A stretch of 10,879 nt of DNA. It comes from Octopus sinensis. Taxonomy: Eukaryota. Positions 8,457-10,879 of this stretch are shown here, piece by piece; position 1 is the first letter of the stretch; each line of letters begins with the position of its first letter. The notes beneath the pieces are model-generated. The model worked only from the letters and a program-made list of their open reading frames with translations, had not been told where the DNA came from and ran no database searches. The translations under genes were made by a program, and so were the position numbers. The DNA lies in contig NW_021827326.1 in NCBI RefSeq assembly GCF_006345805.1, positions 1-10,879 of the forward strand, given 5' to 3'.

Positions 8457-9096
8457 GGATCTTTTCATTTTGAGGGCCAGATTTTCCTAGTTAACTAAAC
8501 AATTTGAAACTTCGTATACTGGTAGAATGTGTCAAAAGAAAACATTATTGTAAACAAAATTGTAATTCGTAACTTAAACGTAGTTTAATTTTAAGAATTT
8601 TAACCATGAAATCGCAGCATTCAGCTCAAATTATTTACCTTCTTCTTCTGTCTTCTACATGTGCTAGAAATAACAGCTATATCTCTTAAATCGATTAATT
8701 TCGTCGCCCATAAAAATATTAACGATATTTTTTGAATATTTTCTTTTTTTTTTTTTACCAAAAGCTTCTCCCATGGTTTTGAATGGCCAGAGAAACAAAA
8801 AAAAACAATAATATGCCTAAATCGGTCTCGAGTTTGCGCGTGGAGTGTGAGTCGTATTGTAAAAATTTGCGAAAATTTTTTTCATAAAATGATGCCCCCA
8901 GCTTGTCGGAAGCTGTGATATAAATTGGGGAAAAATCCTCGACACCAGTGCGTAATTGGTACTTAATTTATCAACCCCGAAACGATGAAACATTGACCCC
9001 CCCCCCTTCTGGTTTATTTACCTTTTGTGCAAATTTGTTGCGGCAAGGGGCAAAACACGAACGTGTAATGTATGCTTGTGTGTGTATGTATATGTC
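8457..9096. mobile_element. Second TIR-type element beginning TA|GGATCTTTTCATTTTGA; right boundary unresolved
   Basis: 16 of the first 17 nt match the reverse complement of the terminus at 7979. It is preceded by TA at the edge of a (TA)n tract. No matching right TIR is seen before the satellite, so the end coordinate is provisional. Confidence 0.45.
8957..8996 (-). mobile_element. Short SINE core-like fragment
   Basis: TGGTACTTAATTTATCAACCCCGAAACGATGAAA resembles the reverse of a SINE core segment (TTTCATCCTTTCGGGGTCGATAAA..AGTACCA) that I recall from cephalopods; unverified. Confidence 0.45.
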
Positions 9097-10879
9097 CGTT
9101 TGTATGTGTGTGTACGCTTATATATTAATTACTATGTGCTTGTGCAAATGTATATGCATGTGTTTGAGAGAGAGAGAGAGTGTGTGTGTGTGTCGTTTGT
9201 ATGTGTGTGTACGCTTATATATTAATTACTATGTGCTTGTGCAAATGTATATGCATGTGTTTGAGAGAGAGAGAGAGAGAGAGTATGTGTGTCGTTTGAA
9301 TGTGTGTGTACGCTTATATATTAATTACTATCTGCTTGCGCAAATGTATATGCATGTGTTTGAGAGAGAGAGAGAGTGTGTGTGTGTGTCGTTTGTATGT
9401 GTGTGTACGCTTATATATTAATTACTATGTGCTAATGCAAATGTATATGCATGTGTTTGAGAGAGAGAGAGAGAGAGAGAGTGTGTGTGTGTGTCGTTTG
9501 TATGTGTGTGTACGCTTATATATTAATTACTATGTGCTTGTGCAAATGTATATGCATGTGTTTGAGAGAGAGAGAGAGAGAGAGAGAGAGTGTGTGTGTC
9601 GTTTGTATGTGTGTGTACGCTTATATATTAATTACTATGTGCTTGTGCAAATGTATATGCATGTGTTTGAGAGAGAGAGAGAGTGTGTGTGTGTCGTTTG
9701 TATGTGTGTGTACGCTTATATATTAATTACTATGTGCTTGTGCAAATGTATATGCATGTGTTTGAGAGAGAGAGAGTGTGTGTGTGTGTGTCGTTTGTAT
9801 GTGTGTGTACGCTTATATATTAATTACTATGTGCTTGTGCAAATGTATATGCATGTGTTGAGAGAGAGAGAGAGAGTGTGGTGTGTGTGTCGTTTGTATG
9901 TGTGTGTACGCTTATATATTAATTACTATGTGCTTGTGCAAATGTATATGCATGTGTTTGAGAGAGAGAGAGAGAGAGTGTGTGTGTGTCGTTTGTATGT
10001 GTGTGTACGCTTATATATTAATTACTATGTGCTTGTGCAAATGTATATGCATGTGTTTGAGAGAGAGAGAGAGAAGTGTGTGTGTGTGTCGTTTGTGTGT
10101 GTGTGTACGCTTATATATTAATTACTATGTGCTTGTGCAAATGTATATGCATGTGTTTGAGAGAGAGAGAGAGAGAGAGTGTGTGTGTGTGTCGTTTGTG
10201 TGTGTGTGTACGCTTATATATTAATTACTATGTGCTTGTGCAAATGTATATGCATGTGTTTGAGAGAGAGAGAGAGAGTGTGTGTGTGTGTGTGTCGTTT
10301 GTATGTGTGTGTACGCTTATATATTAATTACTATGTGCTTGTGCAAATGTATATGCATGTGTTTGAGAGAGAGAGAGAGTGTGTGTGTGTGTGTGTGTGT
10401 GTTGTTTGTATGTGTGTGTACGCTTATATATTAATTACTATGTGCATGTGCAAATGTATATGCATGTGTTTGAGAGAGAGAGAGAGTGTGTGTGTGTGTG
10501 TGTGTGTCGTTTGTATGTGTGTGTACGCTTATATATTAATTACTATGTGCTTGTGCAAATGTATATGCATGTGTTTGAGAGAGAGAGAGTGTGTGTGTGT
10601 GTGTGTGTGTTGTTTGTATGTGTGTGTACGCTTATATATTAATTACTATGTGCCTGTGCAAATGTATATGCATGTGTTTGAGAGAGAGAGAGTGTGTGTG
10701 TGTGTGTGTGTGTGTTGTTTGTATGTTGTGTGTACGCTTATATATTAATTACTATGTGCATTGTGCAAATGTATATGCATGTGTTTGAGAGAGAGAGAGA
10801 TGTGTGTGTGTCGTTTGTATGTGTGTGTACGCTTATATATTAATTACTATGTGTTTGTGCAAATGTATATGCATGTGTT
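9097..10879. repeat. Composite satellite: 18 units, period 95-107 bp, 69-bp core + (GA)6-13(GT)5-12; runs off the window
   Basis: The core is CGTTTGTATGTGTGTGTACGCTTATATATTAATTACTATGTGCTTGTGCAAATGTATATGCATGTGTTT. The ACGCTT anchor is at 9114, 9211, 9310, 9407, 9512, 9617, 9712, 9809, 9908, 10007, 10107, 10210, 10313, 10420, 10525, 10628, 10734 and 10829. Confidence 0.97.

Noticed and set aside
9435-9442. Octamer motif ATGCAAAT in unit 4 (GTGCAAAT in most other units)
   Set aside because: It is perfect in only one of 18 units, and such matches are expected by chance in AT-rich sequence.
8948-10788. Long C/V/R/E/Y-rich ORFs (up to 273 aa) over the satellite
   Set aside because: They are a by-product of stop-poor dinucleotide repeats. 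The same peptide recurs in several frames, with no domain signal or splice context.
9097-10879. CRISPR array (conserved repeat plus variable spacer)
   Set aside because: The spacers are (GA)n(GT)m microsatellites rather than unique sequence, the 69-bp repeat is too long, there are no cas genes, and the context is eukaryotic with spliceosomal introns.

Overview
This is eukaryotic, AT-rich, repeat-dense animal DNA, not a prokaryotic accessory region. The SINE- and MITE-like repeats resemble ones I recall from octopus/coleoid cephalopod genomes; this is an inference, not verified by search. The only host coding sequence I can support is two + strand exons (3250-3335 and 6931-7082) that splice in phase into the N-terminal part of an ankyrin-repeat protein. 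The gene is not identifiable and continues beyond the window. The rest is intronic or flanking DNA: a 5'-truncated CR1-group LINE (1-1329, -), a second older RT fragment, two adjacent TTAA-flanked piggyBac-type MITEs, a hAT-type MITE, SINE fragments, two related TIR-type elements whose ends face each other, a 162-bp foldback palindrome, a TTAGGG/G4 patch and microsatellites. The window ends in an 18-unit, ~100-bp composite satellite (69-bp core plus (GA)n(GT)m). No CRISPR array or novel protein-coding system is supported. The most interesting items are the satellite, its possible origin inside a transposon, and the foldback hairpin beside the ankyrin exon.
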